Source: Macrostomum lignano (taxonomy: Eukaryota). From it: a stretch of DNA of 64,000 nucleotides. The notes beneath the pieces were generated by a model. It was not told the DNA's origin. It searched no databases and was given only the letters and a program-made list of their open reading frames with translations. Of the stretch, positions 1-24,278 are shown piece after piece. Position 1 is the stretch's first letter, and the number at the start of each line of letters is the position of its first letter. The translations under genes and the position numbers were made by a program. The stretch covers positions 62,001-126,000 of the forward strand of contig NIVC01002089.1 of the NCBI GenBank assembly GCA_002269645.1, written 5' to 3'.

Positions 1-215
1 GCTGACGGCGGCATACTCACGGGCGTAGGCCTCGGCGATGTCCTTCAACTGGACGAGCGTCTTCTGGCCGTGTGTTGGGTCTCTTGCAGACACGCCACGT
101 CGACGCGCAGGTCCAGCAGCAGCCTGCACAGGTCGGGCATCTTAAAGGCGACGCCCCCTGCGTCGTTGCAGTTGCAGGAGGTGCAGGCCACTGGGCGTTG
201 GCCGTTGAGGCTCGG
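1..215 (-). mobile_element. Degraded non-LTR retrotransposon (LINE) APE-endonuclease N-terminal fragment
   Basis: Minus strand reads VACTSCNCNDAGGVAFKMPDLCRLLLDLRVDVACLQETQH, matching the xSxNxNG...K...L..LL....DVxxLQET start of APE endonucleases (DVACLQET at 78-101). A stop follows within 10 codons, so it is frameshifted or decayed. Confidence 0.6.
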
Positions 216-220
216 CGGGC

Positions 221-328
221 TGGTTCAGGCGTCGGCTAGGCATTTTATCGGCGGGGTGGTTCAGGCGTCGGCTAGGCATTTTATCGGCGGGCTGGTTCAG
301 GCGTCGGCTAGGCATTTTATCGGCGGGG
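221..328. repeat. 36-bp tandem repeat x3
   Basis: TGGTTCAGGCGTCGGCTAGGCATTTTATCGGCGGG(G/C) starting at 221, 257, 293. Confidence 0.9.
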
Positions 329-597
329 TGGCCGCCAGATGCCGATTGGGCGGCGAAGAGACTGCGTTGCGGCGCTGGGCATCGGGAAGGGCCCTTTTCT
401 GGCCTACATTTCGTGGGCCTTGCGGTCCCCGGAGGGCACCTCGGGGAGGCGCAGGCCGTTGCTCTCCAAATATAGCTTCCTCGGAACTCTACATCGATTG
501 CCCAGATACTTTTATAGTACTTGTATCGATTTGGGGATAACCTTAAAAATTTTCACAATAATTAGAAAGCTTCCTCACAATTTTCTACCCCATAAAG

Positions 598-11720
<11,123 letters not shown>

Positions 11721-11812
11721 CATCCCACTGGCTGCTTTTTTATACAAGCTTATTGCTGCTTGACATGGTGGAAACTTTTACAGACCCCATTGGACACCTT
11801 TAGAGACGAAAG

Positions 11813-14800
11813 TGGAGACACGGTGGACACAATTAGAGACGCAGTGGACAGTATTAGGGACACGGTGGACACTATTAGAGATGCAGTGGACACTATTAGA
11901 GACACGGTGGACATAATTAAGAGACATGGTGGACACTATTAGAGACACGTTGGACCAATTCTAGACACGGTGGACACTATTAGAGACACGGTGGACACTA
12001 TTAGAGACACGGTGGACACTATTAGAGACACGGTGGACATAATTAGAGACACGGTGGACATAATTAAGAGACACGATGGACACTATTAGAGACACGTTGG
12101 ACACAATTCTAGACACGGTGGACACTATTAGAGACACGGTGGACACTATTGGAGACACGGTGGACACTATTGGAGACACGGTGGACACTATTAGAGACAC
12201 GGTGGACACTATTAGAGACACGGTGGACACTATTAGAGACACGGTGGACACTATTAGAGACACGGTGGAAATAATTAGAGACACGGTGGACACTATTAGA
12301 GACACGGTGGACATAATTAGAGACACGGTGGACACTATTAGAGACACGGTGGACATAATTAGAGACACGGTGGACACTATTAGAGACACGATGGACACTA
12401 TTAGAGACACGTTGGACATAATTAGAGACACGGTGGACACTATTAGAGACACGGTGGACATAATTAGAGACACGGTGGACACTATTAGAGACACGGTGGA
12501 CACTATTAGAGACACGGTGGACACTATTAGAGACACGGTGGACACTATTAGAGACACGGTGGACATAATTAGAGACACGGTGGACACTATTAGAGACACG
12601 GTGGACATAATTAGAGACACGGTGGACACTATTAGAGACACGATGGACACTATTAGAGACACGTTGGACACTATTAGAGACACGGTGGACATAATTAGAG
12701 ACACGGTGGACACTATTGGAGACACGGTGGACACTATTAGAGACACGGTGGACACTATTGGAGACACGGTGGACACTATTGGAGACACGGTGGACACTAT
12801 TGGAGACACGGTGGACACTATTAGAGACACGGTGGACACTATTAGAGACACGGTGGAAATAATTAGAGACACGGTGGACACTATTAGAGACACGGTGGAC
12901 ACTATTAGAGACACGGTGGACACTATTAGAGACACGGTGGACATAATTAGAGACACGGTGGACACTATTAGAGACACGGTGGACATAATTAGAGACACGG
13001 TGGACACTATTAGAGACACGATGGACACTATTAGAGACACGTTGGACACTATTAGAGACACGGTGGACATAATTAGAGACACGGTGGACACTATTAGAGA
13101 CACGGTGGACATAATTAGAGACACGGTGGACACTATTAGAGACACGGTGGACACTATTAGAAACACGGTGGACACTATTAGAGACACGGTGGACATAATT
13201 AGAGACACGGTGGACATAATTAAGAGACACGATGGACACTATTAGAGACACGTTGGACACAATTCTAGACACGGTGGACACTATTAGAGACACGGTGGAC
13301 ACTATTGGAGACACGGTGGACACTATTAGAGACACGGTGGACACTATTAGAGACACGTTGGACCAATTCTAGACACGGTGGACACTATTAGAGACACGGT
13401 GGACACTATTAGAGACACGGTGGACACTATTAGAGACACGGTGGACATAATTAGAGACACGGTGGACATAATTAAGAGACACGATGGACACTATTAGAGA
13501 CACGTTGGACACAATTCTAGACACGGTGGACACTATTAGAGACACGTTGGACACTATTAGAGACACGGTGGACATAATTAGAGACACGGTGGACACTATT
13601 AGAGACACGGTGGACACTATTAGAGACACGGTGGACACTATTAGAGACACGGTGGACACTATTAGAGACACGATGGACACTATTAGAGACACGTTGGACA
13701 CTATTAGAGACACGGTGGAAATAATTAAGAGACACGGTGGACACTATTAGAGACACGGTGGAAATAATTAGAGACACGGTGGACACTATTAGAGACACGG
13801 TGGACATAATTAGAGACACGGTGGACATAATTAGAGACACGGTGGACACTATTAGAGACACGGTGGACATAATTAGAGACACGGTGGACACTATTAGAGA
13901 CACGTTGGACACTATTAGAGGCACGGTGGACATAATTAGAGACACGGTGGACACTATTAGAGACACGGTGGACATAATTAGAGACACGGTGGACACTATT
14001 AGAGACACGGTGGACACTATTAGAGACACGGTGGACACTATTAGAGACCCGGTGGACACTATTAGAGACACGGTGGACATAATTAGAGACACGGTGGACA
14101 CTATTAGAGACACGGTGGACATAATTAGAGACACGGTGGACACTATTAGAGACACGATGGACACTATTAGAGACACGTTGGACACTATTAGAGACACGGT
14201 GGACATAATTAGAGACACGGTGGACACTATTGGAGACACGGTGGACACTATTAGAGACACGGTGGACACTATTGGAGACACGGTGGACACTATTGGAGAC
14301 ACGGTGGACACTATTGGAGACACGGTGGACACTATTAGAGACACGGTGGACACTATTAGAGACACGGTGGAAATAATTAGAGACACGGTGGACACTATTA
14401 GAGACACGGTGGACACTATTAGAGACACGGTGGACACTATTAGAGACACGGTGGACATAATTAGAGACACGGTGGACACTATTAGAGACACGGTGGACAT
14501 AATTAGAGACACGGTGGACACTATTAGAGACACGATGGACACTATTAGAGACACGTTGGACACTATTAGAGACACGGTGGACATAATTAGAGACACGGTG
14601 GACACTATTAGAGACACGGTGGACATAATTAGAGACACGGTGGACACTATTAGAGACACGGTGGACACTATTAGAAACACGGTGGACACTATTAGAGACA
14701 CGGTGGACATAATTAGAGACACAGTGGACATAATTAAGAGACACGATGGACACTATTAGAGACACGTTGGACACAATTCTAGACACGGTGGACACTATTA

Positions 14801-15290
14801 GAGACACGGTGGACACTATTGGAGTCACGGTGGACACTATTAGAGACACGGTGGACACTATTAGAGACACGTTGGACCAATTCTAGACACGGTGGACACT
14901 ATTAGAGACACGGTGGACACTATTAGAGACACGGTGGACACTATTAGAGACACGGTGGACATAATTAGAGACACGGTGGACATAATTAAGAGACACGATG
15001 GACACTATTAGAGACACGTTGGACACAATTCTAGACACGGTGGACACTATTAGAGACACGTTGGACACTATTAGAGACACGGTGGACATAATTAGAGACA
15101 CGGTGGACACTATTAGAGACACGGTGGACACTATTAGAGACACGGTGGACACTATTAGAGACACGGTGGACACTATTAGAGACACGATGGACACTATTAG
15201 AGACACGTTGGACACTATTAGAGACACGGTGGAAATAATTAAGAGACACGGTGGACACTATTAGAGACACGTTGGACACTATTAGACACA
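11813..15290. repeat. 21-bp satellite GACACGGTGGACACTATTAGA with ~1.4-1.5-kb higher-order repeats
   Basis: Direct reading; identical ORF translations offset by 1514 bp (13484 vs 14998; 13369 vs 14883). Confidence 0.97.
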
Positions 15291-16503
15291 ATTAGGTACT
15301 GTCTCTTTGCGCTGTTCCTAAAGCGCGAATTTGTACGAGAAGATTTGCCTCTGAAAGTTTTAGGATGTCAGCGGTTTATCCGCTAACTGCTGTCTCCTCA
15401 CCCATCGGCTTCCATGAAATGTACAAATCTCCTCCTACACTGTTTAATTTTACTCTGCTAACTACTTTAAGTATAACGTTTTAGAATTAGTTAGAGTAGA
15501 TTTTTTCTGATTTTGTAGTGCCACAAAAGTTGATTATTTGTGCATGTTCATCGATCAGTATTATCATTCAGAAAATTACGAGACCCTTTATAATATATTG
15601 TAGCCAAACTATGCCTTGTTAATTTAATTTCAAACCACCAACTGTAGAACATTACCCGGCATGCCTAACACATAGCAAAATTCGTTTCGTTTGTGACCGT
15701 ACTGAACCTTCAAGTTCAGATAATAAAATTCGAGCAGTGGAGACCCTCTTTTGTTTAAAGTTTAGGCTGAGTTTGAACAAGCCAAATAGATAAAAAGCGA
15801 CTTAAATAAACAGATCTCGACACTTTTAAATGTACACCATACGAGTATGGTCTTTCTAACCGTCTAGCGCCCAACCCCCCACACCCCTGATGTACTTTCT
15901 AACCATCCAACACCCACCCTCACACCCCAGATGTACTTTCTAACCCTTTAACACCCAACCCCAAACCCCGAATGTACTTTTAAATATAAATAAGACCCTC
16001 TAGTGCCCACCTCAGCCCAAAAATACTTTATTTTACCCCTACAACACCCTACTCACCCCCAATGTACTTTCTAACCTCACCTTGGTTGTGCATTCAAATT
16101 TCTCTTTGCCTGCATTTCGTGACCAGTAATTCGACCTTGCCTTGAACTTTTTCGATTTTAAACACTGATCATGCGGTCAATCTCTGGCACGAGTCGTTAG
16201 TTTTATACGTCGTACTTGGAAAAACTTCCAACAATAAAAGTGCTTTAGTCAATATTATAAAATGCTGAACCGGTCATAAATAGACAGTTTTTTATAGAGG
16301 AAAAGCTGGCAAGTTTCTCAATCACGTGACCCGATAACAGGGCGTGAGTGATTTCCCAAGCGCTCTGTGTTTAATTTCGCGATCGCTTCCCGGAAATGGG
16401 CTGGGCTGAAAATCCACTGATGGTAAGGGCCGGTATCCATGCTTTTTTATGGCAATTTAGTAATTACTTTCGTTAGTACAGGTATAACGTTAATTTTTTT
16501 ATA

Positions 16504-19500
16504 TCCTATATACTAAAAATGAGTTGTCTGTGGGTATGCGATAGATTTCAGAAAAATTGGCTCAACCGATTTTCTTCAAACTTGCACCATTCGATCAGAA
16601 ATTTTCCTGGGACGGTACATGCATCTTGGCTAAGAAATTGCTCAATGTTAAAGGGATTAAATATTCGAAAAACATGCTTTTTTGCAAAGGTCAAGCCAAA
16701 TTTTCCACTTGAAATGCATTGTAAGAATGCTAGAGAAAAAAACTGACTGGCTGAATTCCGATTGTGATAAAGATTGCATCACAACAAGTTGAAAACAGTG
16801 TCAAAGAAACGCACACACGACTTGAATTGAAATTGCGTAACCATATTGCCAACTTAAATTGAGACTGATACTGGCTGACTGAGAAATTGATTATGTCATA
16901 ACTTTTTGCTCCAATTGACTTGCTGTAAGAATTGAATTATAAGGGCCACAATTCATGTTCTCCAATTGAAAAAAGATAGCCCTGATGCGAACAGACTGGA
17001 ATGCTAATGTAGCGACCTGGGTTCGAATCTTAGTAGTGCAAAATAGATTTTTTTTATTAAAACACCTTAAAAACAAAAAACTGCTAAACATAAAAGAAGT
17101 GCAATGTCAAACATAGAAGAGCCACCATGTCGAACATTAAAGAGCCAACATATCGAACATAAAAGAGTTACCTGGTCAAACATAAAAGAGCCACCATGTC
17201 AAACCTAAATGAGCCACCATGTCTAATATTTAAGAGGCACCATGTAAAACATATAAGTGACTTTATGTCAAACATAAAAGAGCCACCATTTCGAACATTA
17301 AACAGCCACCATTTCGAACATTAAAGAGCCACCATGTTGAACATAAAAGAGTCACTATTTCGAACATCAAAGAGCCACCATTTCGAACATTAAAGAGCCA
17401 CCATGTCGAACAATAAAGAGCCACCATGTCAAAAATTAAACAGCCACCATGTTTAACAATAAAGAGCCACCATGTCAAACATTAAAGAGGCACCATGTCG
17501 AACATTAAAGAGCCATCATTACAGACATTAAGGTGCCACCAGGTCAAACATAAAAGAGCCACCATGTCTAACATTAACGAGTCACCATGTCAAACATTAA
17601 AGAGCCACCATGTCAAACATTAAAGAGCCACCATGTCAAACATTAAAGAGCCACCATGTCAAACATATACATGACTCCATGTCAAACATTAAAGAGCCAC
17701 CATGTCGAACATAAATGAGCTACCATGTCAAACATAAAAGAAAAACCATGTCAAACATTAAAGAGCCACCATGTCGAACATAAAAGAGCCACCATGTCGA
17801 ACATTAAAGAGCCACCATGTAAAACATTAAGAGCCACATTGTCAAACACTAAAGAGCCACTATGTCGAACCTAAAAGAGCCACCATGTCGAACAATAAAG
17901 AGCCACCATTTCAAACATTAAAGAGCCACCATGTCAAACATTAAAAAGGCCACCATGTCAAACATTAAAGAGCCACCATGTCAAACATTAAAGAGCCACC
18001 ATGTCAAACATAAAAGAGCCACCATGTCAAACATTAAAGAGCCATCATGTCAAACATTAAAGAGCCACCATGTCAAACATTAAAGAGCCACCATGTCAAA
18101 CATTAAAGAGCCACCATGTCAAACATTAAAGAGCCACCATATCAAACATTAAAGAGCTACCATGTCAAACATTAAAGAGCCACCATGTCAAACATTAATG
18201 AGCCACCATGTCAAACATTTAACATTTAACATTAAAGAGCCACCATGTCAAACATTAAAGCGCCACCATGTCAAACATAAAAGAGCCACCATTTCGAACA
18301 CTAAAGAGCCACTATGCCGAACCTAAAAGAGCCACCATGTCGAACAATAAAGAGCCACCATTTCAAACATTAAAGAGCCACCATGTCAAACATTAAAGAG
18401 CCACCATGTCAAACATAAAAGAGCCACCATTTCGAACACTAAAGAGCCACTATGTCGAACCTAAAAGAGCCACCATGTCGAACAATAAAGAGCCACCATT
18501 TCAAACATTAAAGAGCCACCATGTCAAACATTAAAGAGCCACCATGTCAAACATTAAAGAGCCACCATGTCAAACATTAAAGAGCCACCATGTCAAACAT
18601 AAAAGAGCCACCATGTCAAACATTAAAGAGCCATCATGTCAAACATTAAAGAGCCACCATGTCAAACATTAAAGAGCCACCATGTCAAACATTAAAGAGC
18701 CACCATGTCAAACATTAAAGAGCCACCATATCAAACATTAAAGAGCTACCATGTCAAACATTAAAGAGCCACCATGTCAAACATTAATGAGCCACCATGT
18801 CAAACATTTAACATTTAACATTAAAGAGCAACCATGTCAAACATTAAAGAGCCACCATGTCAAACATAAAAGAGCCACCACTTCGAACATAAAAGAGCCA
18901 CCATGTCGAACATTAAAGAGCCACCATGTCGAAAAAAGAGCCACCATGTTAAACATTAAAGAGCCACCATGTCAAACATTAAAGAGCCACAATGTCAAAC
19001 ATTAAAGAGCCACCATGTCAAACATTAAAGAGCCACCATGTCAAACATTAAAGAGCCACCATGTCAAACATTAAAGAGCTACCATGTCAAACATTAAAGA
19101 GCCACCATGTCAAACATTAAAGTGCCACCATGTCAAACATAAAAGAGCACCATGTCGAACATAAAAGAGCCACCATGGGGAACATTAAAGAGCCACTATG
19201 TCAAACATAAAAGAGCCACCATGTCAAACATATACGTGACTCCATGTCAAACATTAAAGAGCCACCATGTCAAACAACTGAGCCACCATGTCAAACATAA
19301 CAGAGCCACCATGCCAAACATAAAAGAGCACCATGTCGAACATAAAAGAGCCACCATGTCAAACATATACGTGACTCCATGTCAAACATTAAAGCGCCAC
19401 CATGTGAAACATATATGTGACTCCATGTCAAACATAAGAGGGCCAACATTGCGAACATTAAAGAGCCATTTCGTCAAACATATACGTGACTCCGTGTCAA

Positions 19501-21053
19501 ACATAAAAGAGCAACATGTCGAATATAAAATAGCCATCATGTCAAATATAAAAGAGCCACTATGCCAAACATAAAAGTGCCACCATGTCGAACATAAAAG
19601 AGCCACCATGTCAAACATATACGTAACTCCATGTCAAACAACTGAGCCACCATGTCAAACAACTGAGCCACCATGTCAAACAACTGAGCCACCATGTCAA
19701 ACAACTGAGCCACCATGTCAAACAACTGAGCCACCATGTCAAACAACTGAGCCACCATGTCAAACAACTGAGCCACCATGTCAAACAACTGAGCCACCAT
19801 GTCAAACAACTGAGCCACCATGTCAAACAACTGAGCCACCATGTCAAACATAACAGAGACACCATTTTAAACGTAAAAGGGCCGCCATGGCAAACATAGA
19901 AGAGCCATCATGTCGAACATTAAAGAGCCACCATGTCAAACATAGAAGAGACGTCATGTCAAACATAGAAGAGCCACAATTTCAAGCATAAAAGAGCCAC
20001 CGTTTCAAACATAAAAGAGACACCGTTTCAAACATAAAAAGTGTCATGCCAAACAAAACGGAGCCACTATAAAGCTAAGGAAATTGTTGCACTAGCTACT
20101 TGTTCTCTGTTGGATGATTGCTATTTAAGGATAGATACTTGCTATCAGGGGATGCTTGCTATCTGATGGATGCTTGCTATCTGAGGGATGCTTGCTATTG
20201 GTGGATGCTTGCTACCGGAAGGATGCTTGCTACTGGGGTTACTTGCTATTGGGAGATGCTTGCTCTTGGGGGGTGGAGGGTACTTGCTATCTTGAGAGGG
20301 GGTTGCTAGATATCTATAAGGTCTCTTTGTATCCAGGTTATGCTTGCTATCTGGGGTTGCTTGCGGTCTGGGGATGCTTGCTATCTTGGGGATGCTTGCT
20401 ATCTGGGGGATGCTTGCTATCTGGGGGATGCTTGCTATCTGGGGGATGTTTGCTATCTGGCGGATGCTTGCTATCTGGGGGATGCTTGCTATCTGGCGGA
20501 TGCTTGCTATCTGGGGTCTGGGGGATGCTTGCTATCTGGGGATGCTTGCTATCTGGGGTTTCTTGTTATCGGTGGATGCTTGCTATCTGGGGTTGCTTGC
20601 TATCTGGGGGATGCTTGCTATCTTGGGGATGCTTGCTATCTGGGGGATGCTTGCTATCTGGGGGATGCTTGCTATCTGGGGGATGCTTGCTATCTGGCGG
20701 ATGCTTGCTATCTGGGGGATGCTTGCTATCTGGCGGATGCTTGCTATCTGGGGTCTGGGGGATGCTTGCTATCTGGGGGATGCTTGCTATCTGGGGTTTC
20801 TTGCTATCGGGTGGATGCTTGCTATCTATGGGATGCTTGAAGTCTGGGTGATGTTTGCTATTTAGGTATCGATGCTTGAATGCTGTCTGGGGATGCTTGC
20901 TGTCTTGGGATGTTTTGTTTTTAGAGGAAATGTCTGTTGCTTTTTCATGAAGGCTTTATGACCCTGTCTATTTGTTATTTCTCTTGGAGTCTTTATTTGT
21001 AAAGAACAAGGATTCTATCCAGATGTCCCCCATCGGGGGGCGAAGATTGCTAG
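16504..21053 (+). mobile_element. Non-autonomous Helitron, copy 1
   Basis: Starts A|TCCTATATACTAAAAATG; ends CCCCCATCGGGGGG hairpin + CGAAGATTG + CTAG. Contains a conserved ~600-bp 5' region, a 23-bp satellite (GAGCCACCATGTCAAACATTAAA) and a 17-18-bp satellite (GGATGCTTGCTATCTGG). No Rep/helicase ORF. Confidence 0.85.
16970..17055 (+). pseudogene. tRNA-derived Pol III-type cassette inside the Helitron (also ~21520-21602, 24755-24835, 28322-28400)
   Basis: A-box-like TAGCCCTGATG at 16977; anticodon-arm-like CTGGA-ATGCTAA-TGTAG; T-arm CTGGG-TTCGAAT-CTTAG (B box 17020-17029); T-run at 17048-17055. Confidence 0.6.
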
Positions 21054-24000
21054 TCCTATATACTAAAAATGAAATGTGTGTCTCTGTGAGATAGATTTCA
21101 GAAAAAACGGCTTAACCGATTTTCTTCAAACTTGCACCATTCGATCAGAAATTTTCCTGGGACGGTACATGCATCTTGGCTAAGAAATTGCTCAATTTTA
21201 AAGGGATTAAATATTCGAAAAACATGCTTTTTTGCAAAGGTCAAGCAGCTCTTTCGACCTGAAATGCATTGTAAGAATGCTAGAGAAAAAACTGACTGAC
21301 TGAATTCTGATTCTGACAAAGATTGCATCACAACAAGTTGAAAACAGTGCCGAAGAAATGCACACACGACTTGAATGAAATTGCGTAACCATATTGGCAA
21401 CTTAAATTGAGACTGATTCTGGCTGACTGAGAAATTGATTATGTCATAACTTTTTACTCCAATTGACTTGCTGTAAGAATTGAATTATAAGGGCCACAAT
21501 TTATGTTCTCCAATTGAAAAAGATAGCCCAGATGCGAACAGACTGGAATGCTAATGTAGCGACTTGGGTTCGAATCTTAGTAGGGCAAAAAAGATTTTTT
21601 TTATTAAAACACCTTAAAAACACAAAACTTCTAAACATAAAAGAAGCGCAATGTCAAACATAGAAGAGCCACCATGTCGAACATAAAAGAGCTAACATAT
21701 CGAATATTAAAGAGCCACCATGTCAAACCTAAACGAGCCACCATGTCTAATATTTAAGAGGCACCATATAAAACATATAAGTGACTTTATGTCAAACATA
21801 AAAGAGCCACCATTTCTAACATTAAACAGCCACCATTTCGAACATTAAAGAGCCACCATGTCGAAAATAAAAGAGTCACTATTTCGAACATCAAAGAGCC
21901 ACTATGTCAAACATTTAGGAGCCACTTTTTCGAACATTAAAGAGCCACCATGTCAAACATAAAAGAGCCAACATGTCAAACATAAAAGAGCCAACATGTC
22001 AAACATAAAGAGCCACCATGTCAAACATTTAAGAGCCACCATGTCAAACATATATGTGACTTTGTGTTAAACATTAAAGAGCCACCATTTCGAACATTAA
22101 AGAGCCACCATGTCAAACATGAAAGAGCTATAACATGAAGAATATTAAAGAGCCACCATGTCGAACATAAAAGAGCTGCCATGTAAAATAACAAAGAGCT
22201 ACCAAGTTAAACATAAAAGAGCCACCATGTAAAACATTAAAGAGCCACCATGTGAAACATTAAAGAGCCACATTGTCAAACCTAGAAGAGCCACCATGTC
22301 GAACATAACAGAGCTACCATGTCAAACATTAAAGAGCCACCATGTCAAACATTCAAAAGCCACATTGTCAAACATTGAAGAGCCACTATGTCAAACATTT
22401 AGGAGCCACTTTGTCGAACATTAAAGAGCCAACATGTCAGACATTAAAAAAGTTACCGTATCAAATAAAAAGAGTTAACATGTAGAACAAAAAATAGCCA
22501 CCATTTCGAACATAAAAGAGCCAACATGTCAAACATAAAGAGCCACCATGTCAAACATTTAAGAGCCACCATGTCAAACATATATGTGACTTTATGTCAA
22601 ACATTAAAGAGCCACCATTTCGGACATAACAGAGCTACCATGTAAAACATTAAAGAGCCACCATGTCAAACATTAAAGAGCCACCATGTCGAACATTAAA
22701 GAGCCACCATGTCAAACCTAAAAGAGCCACCATGTCGAAAATAAAAGAGCCACTATTTCGAACATTAAAGAGCCACCATTTCGAACATTAAAGAGCCACC
22801 ATGTCGACCATAAAAGAGCCACTATTTCGAACATTAAATATCCACCATGTCAAACATAAAAGAGCCAACATGTCAAACATAAAAGAGCCAACATGTCAAA
22901 CATAAAGAGCCACCATGTCGAAAATGAAAGAGCCACTATTTCGAACATTAAAGAGCCACCATTTCGAACATTAAAGAGCCACCATGTCGACCATAAAAGA
23001 GCCACCATGTCAAACATGAAAGAGCTATAACATAAGAATATTAAAGAGCCACCATGTCGAACATTAAAGAGCCACCATGTCGAACATAAAAGAGCCACCA
23101 TGTCAAACCTAAAAGAGCCACCATGTCGAACATAAAAGAGCTATATCATGAAAAAAATTAAAGAGCCACTATCTCGAACATTAAAGAGCCACCATGTCAA
23201 ACATTTAAGAGCCACCATGTCAAACATTTAAGAGCCACCATGTCAAACCTAAAAGAGCCACCATGTCAAACCTAAAAGAGCCACCATGTCAAACCTAAAA
23301 GAGCCACCATGTCGAACATAAAAGAGCTATACCATGAAAAACATTAAAGAGCCACTTTCTCGAACATTAAGGAGCCACCATGTCAAACATTTAAAAGCCA
23401 CCTTGTCAAACATTAAATAGCCACTTTGTCGAACATTAAAGAGTCACTGTGTCAAACATAAAAGAGCCACTGTTTCAAACATAAAAGAGCCACCAGGTTA
23501 AACATTAAAGAGCCACCATGTCAAACAATAAAGAGGCACCATGTCAAACATAAAAGAGCCACCATGTCTGACATTAAAAAGCCATCGTTTCAAACATAAA
23601 ACAGTTGCCATGTAGAACTTAAAACAGCCACCATGTCAAACATAAAATTTACACAATTTCAAACATAAAAGTAAGCGAATTTTAAAGGAGCCACTATAAT
23701 GCTAAGGAAATTATCGCACTAGCTACTTATTGTCTGGTGGATGCTTGCTATTTGGGATGCTATCTATGTAGGGGATGCTTGCTATCTGGCGGATGCTTGC
23801 TATCTGGGGATGCTTGCTATCTGGGGATGCTTGCTATCTGGGGGTTGCTTGTAATCTGGAAGATGCCTGCTATCTGGCGGATGCTTGCTATCTGGGGGAT
23901 GCTTGCTATCTGGGGGATGCTTGCTATCTGGGGATGCTTGCTATCTGGGGTTGCTTGTAATCTGGAAGATGCTTGCTATCTGGCGGATGCTTGCTATCTG

Positions 24001-24278
24001 GAAGATGCTTGCTATCTGGCGGATGCTTGCTATCTGGGGATGCTTGCTATCTGGCGGATGCTTGCTATCTGGGGATGCTTGCTATCTGGGGGATGCTTGC
24101 TATCTGGGGGATGCTTGCTATCTGGGGGATGCTTGCTGTCTTGGGATGATTTCTTTTTGCTTCCTTTGAGTATTTTGTCTGTTTTTTTTGTGAAGGCCTT
24201 TTTTGGCTATCTTTTTGTTACTTGTAGAGAACAGAGGTTCTATACAGATGTCCCCCAACGGGGGGCGAAGATTGCTAG
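21054..24278 (+). mobile_element. Non-autonomous Helitron, copy 2
   Basis: CTAG|TCCTATATAC junction at 21053/21054; same architecture; ends CCCCCAACGGGGGG-CGAAGATTG-CTAG. Confidence 0.85.

Noticed and set aside
70-597. ORF starts at 70 and 339 as the receptor N-terminus
   Set aside because: No signal peptide; homology starts at the AG acceptor 596-597; the region overlaps the LINE remnant.
11961-15291. DTVDTIR / STVSLIV / HRVSNSV ORFs as independent genes
   Set aside because: All derive from the 21-bp satellite; frames are broken by recurring indel units and there is no unique sequence.
15296-16503. Upstream exons of a separate second iGluR gene (also checked 31834-32018)
   Set aside because: The stretches I translated showed no ATD, S1, M1-M3 or S2 motifs; a formal tblastn is still needed.
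16519-16746. ORF at the Helitron 5' end (also 27851-28126) as a captured gene
   Set aside because: The frame is broken in copies 2 and 3, and no Rep or helicase motifs are present.
16970-17040. Functional tRNA-Ser(GCT) gene
   Set aside because: No acceptor-stem or D-stem pairing; treated as a tRNA-derived relic.
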